Source of the DNA: Burkholderiales bacterium
GTDB lineage: Bacteria > Pseudomonadota > Gammaproteobacteria > Burkholderiales > Burkholderiaceae_C
Length of the DNA stretch: 43,569 bases
Assembly: GCA_947446685.1 (NCBI GenBank)
Contig: CANFIC010000001.1
Span: forward strand, 1 to 43,569
Direction: 5' to 3'
A program made the translations under genes and the position numbers. The notes under the pieces were generated by a model that saw only the letters and a program-made list of their open reading frames with translations, made no database searches and was not told where the DNA came from. Position 1 is the stretch's first letter. Each line of letters opens with the position of its first letter. Below, piece after piece: positions 9,346-19,364 of this stretch.

Positions 9346-9675
9346 ATGGAAAGCGTCGTCACAGCCCAAATGCTCTATTGCCGCGCCTGCGGCAAGCAGA
9401 TGCATCAATCCGCCACGGCATGTCCGGCTTGTGGTGCGGTTCAATCAGCGCTCGGCAACAGCGCATCGGACAAGCGCATTCTTCCTGCGTTCTTGCTTTG
9501 TTTCTTCTTCGGCTGGCTCGGCGTGCATCGCTTCTATGTCGGCAAGGTGGGAACCGGCATCATTCAGCTGTTCACCTTTGGCGGCTTCGGCATCTGGATG
9601 CTGATCGACTTCATCATGATCGTCGTCGGCGCCTTTACCGACAAGGCCGGGAACAAACTCGATCAATGGACCTGA
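9346..9675 (+). CDS. TM2-domain membrane protein with N-terminal zinc ribbon
   Basis: CRACG...CPACG, then LLCFFFGWLGVHRFYVGKVGTG and GIWMLIDFI. Start placed at ATG 9346 (track start 9277). Confidence 0.88.
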   Translation: MESVVTAQMLYCRACGKQMHQSATACPACGAVQSALGNSASDKRILPAFLLCFFFGWLGVHRFYVGKVGTGIIQLFTFGGFGIWMLIDFIMIVVGAFTDKAGNKLDQWT

Positions 9676-9730
9676 AGCGGCCCGGATAGAAAGCCATCGG
9701 CTCTGCGACATGGACCATGACCGGGTAACG

Positions 9731-11524
9731 ATGCGCAAAGCCTTGAGAGCGGCGTTCGCGCTGGTCTGCCTGTGCATCGCCGGAATTGCCCAAGCGCAAG
9801 GGTCCGGCATTGCCCAGACATCGAAACCTCAGTCGGCTCAGTTCAGCAATCCGGTCATTCCGGGGTTTGCTCCCGACCCATCGATCGTCCGGGTCGACCG
9901 CGACTACTACCTGGTCACCTCAAGTTTTGAGTATTTCCCGGCTCTGCCGATTTATCACAGCCGGGATCTGGTCAATTGGGAACTGATCGGCCATGCCCTT
10001 TCCGACCCCAAGGTCGCTGGCCTGTCAGGCGTCGCGTCCAGCGGTGGCGTGCAGGCCGCAACGATCCGTTTTCACAACGGCCTGTTCTACGTCGTGACAA
10101 CCCGCATCGTCGACGACAAGCCGGTCAGCTTCATCGTCACCGCAGCAAATCCAAAGGGTCCATGGTCAGCACCCCATGTGATCGCCGATGCCGTCGGCAT
10201 CGACCCGTCGCTGCTCTTCGACGACGACGGCCGCGTCTGGTACACGGCGAACTGGCTGCCGCAAGATCCGCAATTCCCGGGGCAGGCGGAAATCTGGCTG
10301 CAAGAGCTGGATCTTGCATCGTTCGCGCTGGTCGGGCCGCGTCATCCGATCTGGCGTGGCTGCTGCCAGGGCGTATGGACCGAAGCGCCGCATATCTACA
10401 AAAAGGGCGGCAACTACTACCTGCTGGTGGCTGAGGGCGGCACATCCTACGAACATGCGGTGTCAGTGGCAGTGGCCAAGAGCATCACCGGCCCCTACCG
10501 CAACAACCCGCGCAACCCGGTGTTGACCCACCGACATCTGAGCTATGACCACCCGATCACTGGCGTCGGGCATGCCGACCTGGTCGAGCTTCCCGATGGC
10601 CGCTGGTATGCCGTGGCCCTGGGCTGGCGCCTGATTGACGGCCGCCATGGCACGCTCGGACGCGAGACTTTTTTGCTCCCGGTGACTTGGGAGAGCGAGC
10701 GCGAATGGTGGAAGGATGACAAGCAGACCTTCCCGGTCTTCAGTCCGGCCAGCGGCAAGGTCGAGCTCAAGTACCCGGTGCCGCTGCCAGGCACCAGGCA
10801 GGTTCGCACGAACCGCTTCCATGACGATTTCGCTCGTCCCGAATTGAACACCGAATGGACTTTTCGGCGCTCGCCTGAGCAGGCTTTCCACAGCCTGAGC
10901 GCCAAGCCGGGCTCGCTGCGCCTGCGCTTGCAAGCGGCCGCCCTCGCTGAAAAAGCCCAGTACAGCTTCGTCGGCATACGCCAGCGCCAATTCCAATTCG
11001 CTGCTTCAACCCAGCTTGAATTTGTGCCCCAAGCCCAGGAAGAGGCCGGGCTGGTGCTGATCCAGAAAGACCAGGCAGCGTATTCCCTGACTCTGGCCCG
11101 CCGGGCGGATGGACTTACCGCCTTGCGACTGAGCCGCTTCGACGCTGCAGGCCGGACGCAACTGGCCGAACAACTGTTTGCGGCGTCGAAGGTCTTGCTG
11201 CGGGTCACAGGCAACTATCTGTCCTACCAATTCGAATTTTCCAGCGACGCCAGGCAATGGATCCGGCTCGGGCCATCGATCGACGGCAGGTCGCTCTCGC
11301 CCGCCGTCCTGAGCGGCTTCAATTACACCGGTGTTTTCATCGGCCTTTACGCCTCGTCCAATGGCTTGCCGACCCGGAATTTCGCCGACTTTGACTGGTT
11401 CGATTACCGTACCCCAGCCGCGGGTGCCGACGATTGGTACCAGCGCGCCAATGACTTCGCCTTGCAGGGAGTTGTCCTGGATTTTCGAAACTGGCTGACC
11501 ACAGCAAGCAAACGTCCACCATGA
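9731..11524 (+). CDS. Secreted glycoside hydrolase family 43 (beta-xylosidase/arabinofuranosidase) with C-terminal beta-sandwich
   Basis: Signal peptide MRKALRAAFALVCLCIAGIAQA; NPVIPGFAPDPSI (base Asp), GIDPSL, WTEAPHIYK (acid Glu), GHADLV, LGRETFL, ADFDWFDY. Confidence 0.93.
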   Translation: MRKALRAAFALVCLCIAGIAQAQGSGIAQTSKPQSAQFSNPVIPGFAPDPSIVRVDRDYYLVTSSFEYFPALPIYHSRDLVNWELIGHALSDPKVAGLSGVASSGGVQAATIRFHNGLFYVVTTRIVDDKPVSFIVTAANPKGPWSAPHVIADAVGIDPSLLFDDDGRVWYTANWLPQDPQFPGQAEIWLQELDLASFALVGPRHPIWRGCCQGVWTEAPHIYKKGGNYYLLVAEGGTSYEHAVSVAVAKSITGPYRNNPRNPVLTHRHLSYDHPITGVGHADLVELPDGRWYAVALGWRLIDGRHGTLGRETFLLPVTWESEREWWKDDKQTFPVFSPASGKVELKYPVPLPGTRQVRTNRFHDDFARPELNTEWTFRRSPEQAFHSLSAKPGSLRLRLQAAALAEKAQYSFVGIRQRQFQFAASTQLEFVPQAQEEAGLVLIQKDQAAYSLTLARRADGLTALRLSRFDAAGRTQLAEQLFAASKVLLRVTGNYLSYQFEFSSDARQWIRLGPSIDGRSLSPAVLSGFNYTGVFIGLYASSNGLPTRNFADFDWFDYRTPAAGADDWYQRANDFALQGVVLDFRNWLTTASKRPP

Positions 11525-12444
11525 ACCTGCGTCAGATCGAGGCCTTCAAGGCCGTCATGGAGACCGGCACGGTGACTCAGGCGGCCGTTCGCCTGGGCAT
11601 TTCCCAGCCGGCGGTGAGCAAGTTGCTGCAACTGTTCGAGCGCGGCGCAGGCCTGCTGCTGTTTGTCCGCGATCGCGGGCGACTTTCGCCAACGCCTGAG
11701 GCCCGCATCCTCTACGAGGAGGTAGAGAGGATATTTCAGGGCGCAGGGCGCGTTCGACAGGCTGCGCAGGAAATCAAATCGTTGCAACTCGGGTCGCTTT
11801 CCGTCGGCGTCATGCCGGCGCTCTCGACCGGGTTCGCGCAGGAGATTCTTGCCCGCTTGCCGATGACGCAGCCGGGCATTTCGGTGACGCTCCAATCGCA
11901 AGAAACGCCCAAGCTGGTCGAGCAGCTGGTCACACAACGGGTCGAGCTTTGCTACTCGGTGATACCGATGGAGCATCCCGAGTTGCGCAGCGAGCAGCTA
12001 TGCCGCGTTCCACTGGTGTGCATCCTGCCGCATGGACATCGGCTGGCCTCGCATGAGGAGATCCGCTGCAAGGACCTTGCGGGCGAGCGCTTCGCCTCGT
12101 TTCGCCATGATTCCGCGATCCGCCGCCGGATTGATCAGGCCTTCGACGATGCCAAGGTCAGCCGCACGATTTCTATGGAGGCACCGATGGCGCCGAGCAT
12201 CTGTGCCTACGTCGCACGAGGGCTGGGCGTATCGATCGTGAACCCGCTCTATATCGGGGCCTTCGCGCCCGCCCTGGTGGTGCGCCCCTTTCGGCCGCGA
12301 ATCGAGTCAGACATCATCATGGTCATGCCGCGCGGACGGCGCCTTTCCGTGATTGCCGAGGCCTTTGCCGAGATGTCGCGAACTATCGCCGCCGAATGGG
12401 AAGCGCGCGATGGAGCGACCGAGTTTTGCTATGGCGCTTCTTGA
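11521..12444 (+). CDS. LysR family regulator (OccR/NocR-like)
   Basis: MNLRQIEAFKAVMETGTVTQAAVRLGISQPAVSK HTH; 307 aa. Confidence 0.93.
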   Translation: MNLRQIEAFKAVMETGTVTQAAVRLGISQPAVSKLLQLFERGAGLLLFVRDRGRLSPTPEARILYEEVERIFQGAGRVRQAAQEIKSLQLGSLSVGVMPALSTGFAQEILARLPMTQPGISVTLQSQETPKLVEQLVTQRVELCYSVIPMEHPELRSEQLCRVPLVCILPHGHRLASHEEIRCKDLAGERFASFRHDSAIRRRIDQAFDDAKVSRTISMEAPMAPSICAYVARGLGVSIVNPLYIGAFAPALVVRPFRPRIESDIIMVMPRGRRLSVIAEAFAEMSRTIAAEWEARDGATEFCYGAS

Positions 12445-12469
12445 CTGCCAACCCAGCCGGCCTGCAACG

Positions 12470-13810
12470 ATGAAAACCAGCCAGAAAATCGCCCGCTATG
12501 TGCACGAACTGCGCGCGGACAAACTTCCCCCGCAAGCGCGGGAGGGCGCCATCCGCTGCCTGCTGGACCTGCTGACCGCCGCAGCGGCAGGACATCAACA
12601 CCCTGCGGTGCATGCCGTCCGCCAGCTGGCCGTGAGCGACTATGGCCTTGGCGCCACCGCCATCTGGTTCACGGGCGAACGCGCCAGCGCCACGGGCGCG
12701 GCCTTCGCCAATAGCGCGGCGGCCTCGATCCTGGATCTCGATGATGGTTTTCGACTCGCGCGCGGTCATCCGGGCGCTGCCGTGATTCCGGCAGCCTTGG
12801 CGGCAACGCTCGACAACACATCGGCTGAGGCCTTCATCGCTGCGGTCGTTGCCGGCTATGAAGTGGGTGTTCGCGTAGCCATGGCGCGGCCGGCCTATGC
12901 AGCTTCCGGCGTCTGGTCTGCCTATGCCGCGATCGCGGCCGCTGGCCGGTTGCGCGGCACTGCCCCGGAAAAACTGGCCCATGCGCTGTCGATCGCGGTC
13001 CAATCCGCGCCTTCACTGCCTGGAAAAGCCGGCCTCGTCGGCAGCGATGTGAAGGAAGGCATTCCATTCGGGGTCTTGGCCGGCATGAATGCGCTGAACC
13101 TGGCCGAAGCTGGTTTCACCGGTCCGCTGGACATCTTCGACAACCCCGAGCTGTTTGCATCAGAACGCATCACGGCAGGACTTGGCGGACCGCCCTGCAT
13201 AGACAGAACCTACTTCAAGCCCTATGCCTGCTGCCGCCACGTCCATGCGCCGGTTGACGCCTTCGCGGCCTTGCTCGCAAGGCACAAGATCGAGGCGCGC
13301 GAGATCATCAAGATCGAGGTCCATACCTATTCCGGGACCTTCAACCTTTCCAATCTGGCCGCGCCGCGCACGCTGATCGAAGCGCAATACAGCGTCCCTT
13401 TTTGTATCGGCCTTTGCGCCGTCCATGGCCTCGAGTCGCTGCTGCCGCTGGAGACTGCGCTGCTTGCAGATGCCGAAGTTCGCAGCATCTCCAGGAAAGT
13501 CAGCTTGCATCGCGACCCTTCGATCGAGCTGCGGTTTCCGGCCGAGTCACCCGCACGAGTGCTTGTGACCACCGCGGCCGGCCGTTTCGAATCCCCCGTG
13601 ACCACACCACGCGGTGATCCTGACTCCCCGTTGTCATGGGCCGAACTGGAAACCAAGTTCCTGATCGCGACCCGCAAGTTGTTCGCGCCGGCAAAACAGC
13701 AGGAATTCCTTCAGGCCATCGATCAACTCCGTGCCGGTGAACTCCATGACCTGCGCCTGGCGCTGGCCGGCAAAGCCATAACGTTTGGTTCTGAACAGCC
13801 GAAAATATAG
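12470..13810 (+). CDS. MmgE/PrpD family protein
   Basis: AAFANSAAASILDLDDG, GHPGAAVIPAALA, GYEVG, YFKPYACCRHVH, AQYSVPF, PRGDPDSPLS. ATG at 12470. Confidence 0.92.
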   Translation: MKTSQKIARYVHELRADKLPPQAREGAIRCLLDLLTAAAAGHQHPAVHAVRQLAVSDYGLGATAIWFTGERASATGAAFANSAAASILDLDDGFRLARGHPGAAVIPAALAATLDNTSAEAFIAAVVAGYEVGVRVAMARPAYAASGVWSAYAAIAAAGRLRGTAPEKLAHALSIAVQSAPSLPGKAGLVGSDVKEGIPFGVLAGMNALNLAEAGFTGPLDIFDNPELFASERITAGLGGPPCIDRTYFKPYACCRHVHAPVDAFAALLARHKIEAREIIKIEVHTYSGTFNLSNLAAPRTLIEAQYSVPFCIGLCAVHGLESLLPLETALLADAEVRSISRKVSLHRDPSIELRFPAESPARVLVTTAAGRFESPVTTPRGDPDSPLSWAELETKFLIATRKLFAPAKQQEFLQAIDQLRAGELHDLRLALAGKAITFGSEQPKI

Positions 13811-13842
13811 CCTTTGACAGGCTGATTATTGCTTCATAAGAT
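13778..13842 (+). promoter_or_regulatory. Sigma70 promoter (TTGACA-17 bp-TAAGAT) with an upstream LysR-type box (ATAA-N7-TTCT)
   Basis: TTGACA at 13814-13819, TAAGAT at 13837-13842, ATAACGTTTGGTTCT at 13778-13792; AGGAGG RBS before 13876. Confidence 0.65.
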
Positions 13843-13875
13843 CCGGGCAGAAAGTCAACCAGGAGGGCATAACCA

Positions 13876-15438
13876 ATGATGCGTCCATACAAGTTAACAG
13901 CTGCAATCTGGTTCACGCTGCTGTCTGCCGTCGGTTCGTTCAGCCTGCCAGCGGCGGCTCAGGAAAAGATTTTGCGGGTCGGCGCGCAAACGACCGACAT
14001 CGCCACTCTTGATCCGCACCGCACCTCCTCGACGCATGAAAAAGGGCCGATCAGCTGGATCTTTGGCGGCCTCGTGCGCTTCCCGCTCGGCAGCGCCGAC
14101 CCGACCAAGATCGAAGGCGATCTGGCCGAAAGCTGGGTCCGCGCTCCGGACGGCTTGACCTGGACCTTCAAGCTGCGCAAAGGCGTGCAGTTTCACCGCG
14201 GTTACGGGGAAGCGACGGCCGACGACGTGGTCTACAGCCTCGCCCGCGCCACGGATCCCAAACGGTCCTCCTTTTCCTCATCGTTCCAGCAGTTCCAGAA
14301 GGTGGAAGCCCTTGACCCCTACACCGTCCGCATCACGTTGAAAGCGCCGGTCCCGAGCTTGCTGGGGCTGGTGTCCAACTACCACGGCGGAATGATCGTG
14401 AGCCGCAAGGCCGATCAGGAACTGGGGGATGGCTTCAAGTTGAAGCCGGTCGGCTTCGGCCCCTTCGAATTTGTCGAACACCAGACGCAACGAGAACTGA
14501 CTCTGAAAGCCCATGACAAGTATTACCGTGGCAAGCCCAAGATCGACAAGATCGCCTACAAGTTCATCTCGTCTGACGCCAGCCGGGATCTCGCCTTCAC
14601 TTCCGGGGAACTCGATCTGAGCCACGGCAAGCGCGAACAGCGCTGGGTTGAGCGGGCACGCCAATCGACCGGGGCCAAGGTGGACGTTTTCGGGCCGGGT
14701 GAGTTCCGCACGATTTTCATCAACGCCAACATCAAGCCGCTCGACGACAGACGCGTCCGCGAAGCCTTGGCAAGGGCGATCGACGTGCCGCAGCTGATGA
14801 AATTCGTCGGTGCCGATGTGCTCCACCCCGGCGTTTCGGTCGTGCCCCATGGCTATCTGGGCGAAGCTGACGTAGGCCCGAAGTTTCCCCACGATGTTGC
14901 CAAGGCCAAGGCGCTGCTGGCCGAAGCAGGCTTTCCTCAAGGCATCACCATCAAGGCCGTGGTGTCGAATAACAACGCCCAGCAACCGGTGATGGAGGTG
15001 ATTCAGAACCAACTCAAACGCTCCGGCATCAACCTTGTCATCGATGTCGTGGACCACACGACTTACCACGCGCAGATCCGCAAGGACGTCAGCGCCATCG
15101 TGTTCTACGGTGCGGCGCGCTTCCCGGTGGCCGACAGCTATCTGACCGAGTTCTACCATTCCGCCTCGGAAATCGGCGCGCCCAAACAAGTCACCAATTT
15201 CTCCCATTGCAAAGTGGCCGATGCCGAGATTGACGCGGCCCGCAGTACCGCCGATCCGGCCAAGCGCCTGGCACTCTGGCGCACCGCGCAGGAGAAAATC
15301 AATGCCGAGATCTGCGCCGTTCCGCTGTTTGACCTGCAGCAGGTCTGGTTGCGCCGTGACACGCTCGACTATGGCGTCAAGCTCGAAGGCGCCCTGAATC
15401 TTGCCCCGCCGATCAGCGAGCTGACGACGCTCAAATGA
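13876..15438 (+). CDS. Dpp/Opp family (SBP_bac_5) ABC substrate-binding protein
   Basis: Signal peptide; TLDPH, GDLAESW...DGLTWTFKLRKGVQFH, PVGFGPF, DRRVREAL. Confidence 0.93.
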   Translation: MMRPYKLTAAIWFTLLSAVGSFSLPAAAQEKILRVGAQTTDIATLDPHRTSSTHEKGPISWIFGGLVRFPLGSADPTKIEGDLAESWVRAPDGLTWTFKLRKGVQFHRGYGEATADDVVYSLARATDPKRSSFSSSFQQFQKVEALDPYTVRITLKAPVPSLLGLVSNYHGGMIVSRKADQELGDGFKLKPVGFGPFEFVEHQTQRELTLKAHDKYYRGKPKIDKIAYKFISSDASRDLAFTSGELDLSHGKREQRWVERARQSTGAKVDVFGPGEFRTIFINANIKPLDDRRVREALARAIDVPQLMKFVGADVLHPGVSVVPHGYLGEADVGPKFPHDVAKAKALLAEAGFPQGITIKAVVSNNNAQQPVMEVIQNQLKRSGINLVIDVVDHTTYHAQIRKDVSAIVFYGAARFPVADSYLTEFYHSASEIGAPKQVTNFSHCKVADAEIDAARSTADPAKRLALWRTAQEKINAEICAVPLFDLQQVWLRRDTLDYGVKLEGALNLAPPISELTTLK

Positions 15439-16568
15439 AGGCCATGCTGCCGACGACCCATTACGACGTCATCGTGGTCGGTGGCGGCATGGTCGGCGCT
15501 TCAATCGCCTATGGCCTGTCCAAACTTGGCCGCCGCGTCGTGGTGCTGGACGAAGGCGACGGGGCGCTGCGCGCTGCGAGGACAAACTTCGGCCTTGTCT
15601 GGGTGCAGTCGAAAGGCGGCGGCATGCCGGCGTACATGCGCTGGACCAAGCGCTCCGCTGACCAATGGCCGGGGTTTTCCGAACAACTCCAGGACCTCAC
15701 CGGCGTGAGCACGGAATACCGCAAGGACGGCGGGCTCGTCTATTGCCTCGGCGATGCCGAGGCAGAAGCGCAGCAAAAGAAAATCAGCAGCCTGCGTGCG
15801 CAAGCGGATATTTTCGACACCGAAATGGTCGATCGTGCAGCGCTCGAGCGCCTGCTGCCAGGCGCGCGACTGGGGCGTGAGGTGAGCGCTGCGGCCTACT
15901 GTCCGCACGACGGGCATTGCAATCCGCTCTCGCTGCTGCGAGCTCTGCACAAAGCCCTCCGACTCAGCGGCGCCGATTACCGCCCGGACGCCCCCGCCAA
16001 ATCTGTCGCCTACCGCGGCAAACGTTTCATCGTCGAGACGCCGCATGGCGTCGTCGAGGCCGGCAAGTTGGTACTCGCTGCAGGACATGGCATTGTTCCG
16101 CTGGCCAAATCGCTGGGCCTGCCCGCACCCATCGTGGCCGAGCGCGGACAAATTCTCGTGACTGAACGATTTCGCCCGTTTTTGCGCCTGCCCGGCAGCG
16201 GTATCCGCCAGACAGCAGATGGCACGATCCTCATGGGTACGTCAAAAGAGAACGTCGGCCTCGACGACCGGACCAGCGTTGCGGTGGGCGGACGCATCGC
16301 TGCCAGGGCCATCCGCATCCTGCCGGAACTGGCCAGCGCCAGGCTCAATCGCACCTGGGGCGGCATCCGCGTGCTGACGCCGGACCACCATCCGGTCTAT
16401 GCCCAGAGCGAAGAATGCCCCGGCGCTTTTGTTGCCATTTGCCATTCGGGTGTCACGCTGGCGGCCGCCCATGCCACCGACCTGGCGCAGGCCATATCAG
16501 CAGGTTCACTGGGCGACTACTTCGCGCCATTTCATGCGAGACGATTCGATGTTCCAAAAGCTGCCTGA
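15435..16568 (+). CDS. FAD-dependent oxidoreductase, opine dehydrogenase beta / HcnC-like (B1)
   Basis: DVIVVGGGMVG, AARTNFGLVWVQSKG, DGHCNPL, RGQILVTE, CHSGVTLAAAHA. Confidence 0.88.
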   Translation: MKAMLPTTHYDVIVVGGGMVGASIAYGLSKLGRRVVVLDEGDGALRAARTNFGLVWVQSKGGGMPAYMRWTKRSADQWPGFSEQLQDLTGVSTEYRKDGGLVYCLGDAEAEAQQKKISSLRAQADIFDTEMVDRAALERLLPGARLGREVSAAAYCPHDGHCNPLSLLRALHKALRLSGADYRPDAPAKSVAYRGKRFIVETPHGVVEAGKLVLAAGHGIVPLAKSLGLPAPIVAERGQILVTERFRPFLRLPGSGIRQTADGTILMGTSKENVGLDDRTSVAVGGRIAARAIRILPELASARLNRTWGGIRVLTPDHHPVYAQSEECPGAFVAICHSGVTLAAAHATDLAQAISAGSLGDYFAPFHARRFDVPKAA

Positions 16569-16836
16569 AGCCGCCGACGCGGTGCTTGTCCATGTCGAGG
16601 GCCGAGTGGTCCGCGTGCCGGCCGGCGCAAGCGCGGCCGCCGCGGCCTTGATCGCGGGCCTGGTCAGCACCAGGACCTCGCCCGCCACCAACGAACCGCG
16701 CGCACCCTACTGCATGATGGGGGTCTGCTTTGAATGCCTGATGATCATCGACGATCAACCCTCGCAGCAGGGTTGCATGGTCACCGTAAGGCCGGGCATG
16801 CGCATCAACCAACAGCATGGCGCGAGGCAGCCATGA
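16549..16836 (+). CDS. [2Fe-2S] subunit, opine dehydrogenase gamma / HcnA-like (C)
   Basis: RAPYCMMGVCFECL...QQGC; start overlaps the upstream gene. Confidence 0.88.
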   Translation: MFQKLPEAADAVLVHVEGRVVRVPAGASAAAAALIAGLVSTRTSPATNEPRAPYCMMGVCFECLMIIDDQPSQQGCMVTVRPGMRINQQHGARQP

Positions 16837-18230
16837 GCGGGCCCTTCGACCTGGTGGTGATTGGCGGCGGGCCGGCGGGCATGGCAGCGGCGGTTCAGGC
16901 AAGGCAGTTGGGTCTCAGCGTTGCCCTGATCGATGAACAAGCAGCGCCGGGCGGTCAGATTTACCGTGGCGTCGATCGCGCCGAGGCTGAGGGTCGTGCG
17001 GCGGCGCGCGGCGCGGACTATCGCCATGGCCTTTCGTTGACGCAGGCCTTGCGCGCCAGCGGCGCCACAGCGTTCTTTTCAAGTCAGGTTTGGCAGGTGG
17101 AGCCCGACGGCCGCGTCTTCATCACTGATGGCAAAGCGAGCCAGTTGATCGAAGGGCGCCGGGTGCTCGTCGCCGTGGGCGCCATGGAGCGTCCGGTGGC
17201 CATTCCTGGCTGGACCATCCCCGGCGTGATGACTGTCGGCGCTGCACAGATCCTGCACAAGACGATCGGCATGCTTCCTGATGAGGGTGTCTGGATCGCC
17301 GGCAGCGGACCCTTGATGCTTTACTACGCGGCCGAAGTGGTCGCGTCCGGCGGGCGCGTCGCGGGCATCCTCGATACGGCAAGTCACACGAACCTGAGCA
17401 CCTTGCTCAGCCACGCAACCGGCGCGCTGCGCGGCTGGCGCTATCTGGCCAAGGGCATGGGCTACCTCGCCAGGCTGCGCTTGGCCGGTATCCGCCATGT
17501 GAAAGGGGTCGAGGCCGTCGAGGCCGTCGGTGTTTCGAAGCTCGAAGGCGTCCGCTGGCGGGTCGGCGGGCAATGGAGCGAGGCGATCGCCACCGGACTG
17601 CTGCTGCATGAGGGCGTGATCCCGAATACCCATATGACTTCGGCCTTGGGCTGCAGCCATGATTGGAATGAAGCTCAGCATTGCTTCCAGCCACGCACCG
17701 ATGAATTTGGCGCCACCGATGTCGAAGCAATATTCGTCGCCGGTGATTGCGGTGGCATCGGTGGCGCGCGCGTTGCCGCATGCCGTGGCCGCCTCGCCGC
17801 CTTGGGGGTGGCCGCATCGCTGGGTCGCCTTGATGCCTCCGAACGCGATCGCCTTGCCGAGCCGGTGCGGGCCGAGTACGGTGAACATGATGCAGTTCGA
17901 GGCCTGCTGGATGCCCTTTTTGCCCCGCGCGCCGAGTTGCTGTCGCCGGCTGACGATGTGATCGTTTGCCGCTGCGAGGGCGTCAGCGCCGGTCGCATCC
18001 GTGAAGCCGTGAGCCTCGGCTGTCGGGGGCCCAATCAAATGAAGGCCTTCACTCGCTGCGGCATGGGCCCCTGCCAGGGGCGGATGTGCGGGCCGACCGT
18101 CACCGGCGTTCTCGCCGATGCGCTCGGTGTGCCGCCCGCGGAAGTCGGTCGCTTTCGCATTCGTCCTCCGCTCAAACCCTTGAGCCTCGGCGAGCTAGCC
18201 TCGCTTGCCGACCTGGAGCGAGCGGGGTGA
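16833..18230 (+). CDS. FAD/NAD(P)-binding oxidoreductase with C-terminal FeS domain, opine dehydrogenase alpha / HcnB-like (A)
   Basis: IGGGPAGM, GGQIYR, GAMERPVAIPGWT, VCRCEGV, KAFTRCGMGPCQGRMC, RPPLKP; ATGA overlap with the upstream gene. Confidence 0.9.
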   Translation: MSGPFDLVVIGGGPAGMAAAVQARQLGLSVALIDEQAAPGGQIYRGVDRAEAEGRAAARGADYRHGLSLTQALRASGATAFFSSQVWQVEPDGRVFITDGKASQLIEGRRVLVAVGAMERPVAIPGWTIPGVMTVGAAQILHKTIGMLPDEGVWIAGSGPLMLYYAAEVVASGGRVAGILDTASHTNLSTLLSHATGALRGWRYLAKGMGYLARLRLAGIRHVKGVEAVEAVGVSKLEGVRWRVGGQWSEAIATGLLLHEGVIPNTHMTSALGCSHDWNEAQHCFQPRTDEFGATDVEAIFVAGDCGGIGGARVAACRGRLAALGVAASLGRLDASERDRLAEPVRAEYGEHDAVRGLLDALFAPRAELLSPADDVIVCRCEGVSAGRIREAVSLGCRGPNQMKAFTRCGMGPCQGRMCGPTVTGVLADALGVPPAEVGRFRIRPPLKPLSLGELASLADLERAG

Positions 18231-19357
18231 TTCGCGAGGCAGATGTCATCGTCATCGGCGGCGGCTTGCATGGTTGCTCAGCCGCTTTGCAATTGGCGTT
18301 GCGGGGCAGACGGGTGATCCTTCTCGAGCGGCGCCATATCGGCCGTCACGCCTCGGGCATCAATGCAGGCGGTGTACGTACGCTCGGTCGTGACCTGGCC
18401 GAAATACCGCTATCCCTGCTCGGCATGCCCTTGTGGCAGAACATCCAGGAGTTGGTCGGCGACGACTGCGGCTTTGCCGCTTGTGGGCAGGTCAAGGTGG
18501 CGGAATCAGGCCAGGAAATGGCAACGCTGGAGAAGCGTGCCGGCCGTCTGGCGCAGCTGGGTTACACCCATGAAAAGCTCGTTGGCACCGACGAACTGCG
18601 TCGGCTCGTGCCTGCGCTTTCAAGGCATTGCGTCGGCGCCATGCTGGTCGCCAGCGATGGCGCGGCCGACCCCTATCGCACCACCCATGCCTTTGGTGCA
18701 AGAGCCCGGGCAGCCGGGGTGCAAATCGAAGAAGGCGAGGCCGTCATCGGACTGGAAAGGCAGGCGGACCACTGGATCGTGACCGGTGATCGCGGCCGCT
18801 ACCGCGCACCGCTGGTGGTCAACGCCGCCGGGGCTTGGGCGGGGCGGCTTGCGGCAATCGCAGGCGACGATTTCCCGCTTCGCACCCGGGCCTCGATGAT
18901 GATCGTCACCGAGCGTCTGCCTCAGTTCGTGACCCCGGTGGTGGGTGCGGTGGGGCGACCGCTGTCGTTCAAGCAGTCCGCTTCCGGCACAGTCCTGATC
19001 GGCGGCGGTCAGCAGGGGCGGGCCGACCTCGACAAGGAACAAAGCTGGGTCAACGTCGTGAATCTGGCAAGGTCGGCGCAGACTGCGACCGACCTGTTTC
19101 CACAGATGCGCGGCGTGCGCATCGCAAGGTCCTGGTGCGGTATCGAGGCCGAGACACCGGACCGCCTGCCCATCCTTGACTTCTCGCCTACGGTTCCCGG
19201 CTTGATCCATGTCTTCGGCTTCTCCGGCCATGGCTTCCAGCTCGGGCCCATCTGCGGCGTGGCTGTTGCCGACCTCGCCACCCGCGGCGCCACGGACTTG
19301 CCCATCCGGCCCTTCGCGGCGACGCGCTTTGCTGCGCCGGCCCTGGCCGCAGCCTGA
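18227..19357 (+). CDS. Second FAD-dependent oxidoreductase, opine dehydrogenase beta-like (B2)
   Basis: GTG start overlapping the upstream stop; DVIVIGGGLHG, ASGINAGGVR, GFSGHGFQLGP. Confidence 0.88.
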   Translation: MIREADVIVIGGGLHGCSAALQLALRGRRVILLERRHIGRHASGINAGGVRTLGRDLAEIPLSLLGMPLWQNIQELVGDDCGFAACGQVKVAESGQEMATLEKRAGRLAQLGYTHEKLVGTDELRRLVPALSRHCVGAMLVASDGAADPYRTTHAFGARARAAGVQIEEGEAVIGLERQADHWIVTGDRGRYRAPLVVNAAGAWAGRLAAIAGDDFPLRTRASMMIVTERLPQFVTPVVGAVGRPLSFKQSASGTVLIGGGQQGRADLDKEQSWVNVVNLARSAQTATDLFPQMRGVRIARSWCGIEAETPDRLPILDFSPTVPGLIHVFGFSGHGFQLGPICGVAVADLATRGATDLPIRPFAATRFAAPALAAA

Positions 19358-19364
19358 GACGACC

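Noticed and set aside
15435-19357. HCN synthase (hcnABC), possibly supplying CN ligands to the hydrogenase
   Set aside because: Gene order is B1-C-A-B2 inside an importer operon, which fits catabolic opine-type dehydrogenases. H-cluster CN ligands come from HydG, and the loci are about 15 kb apart.
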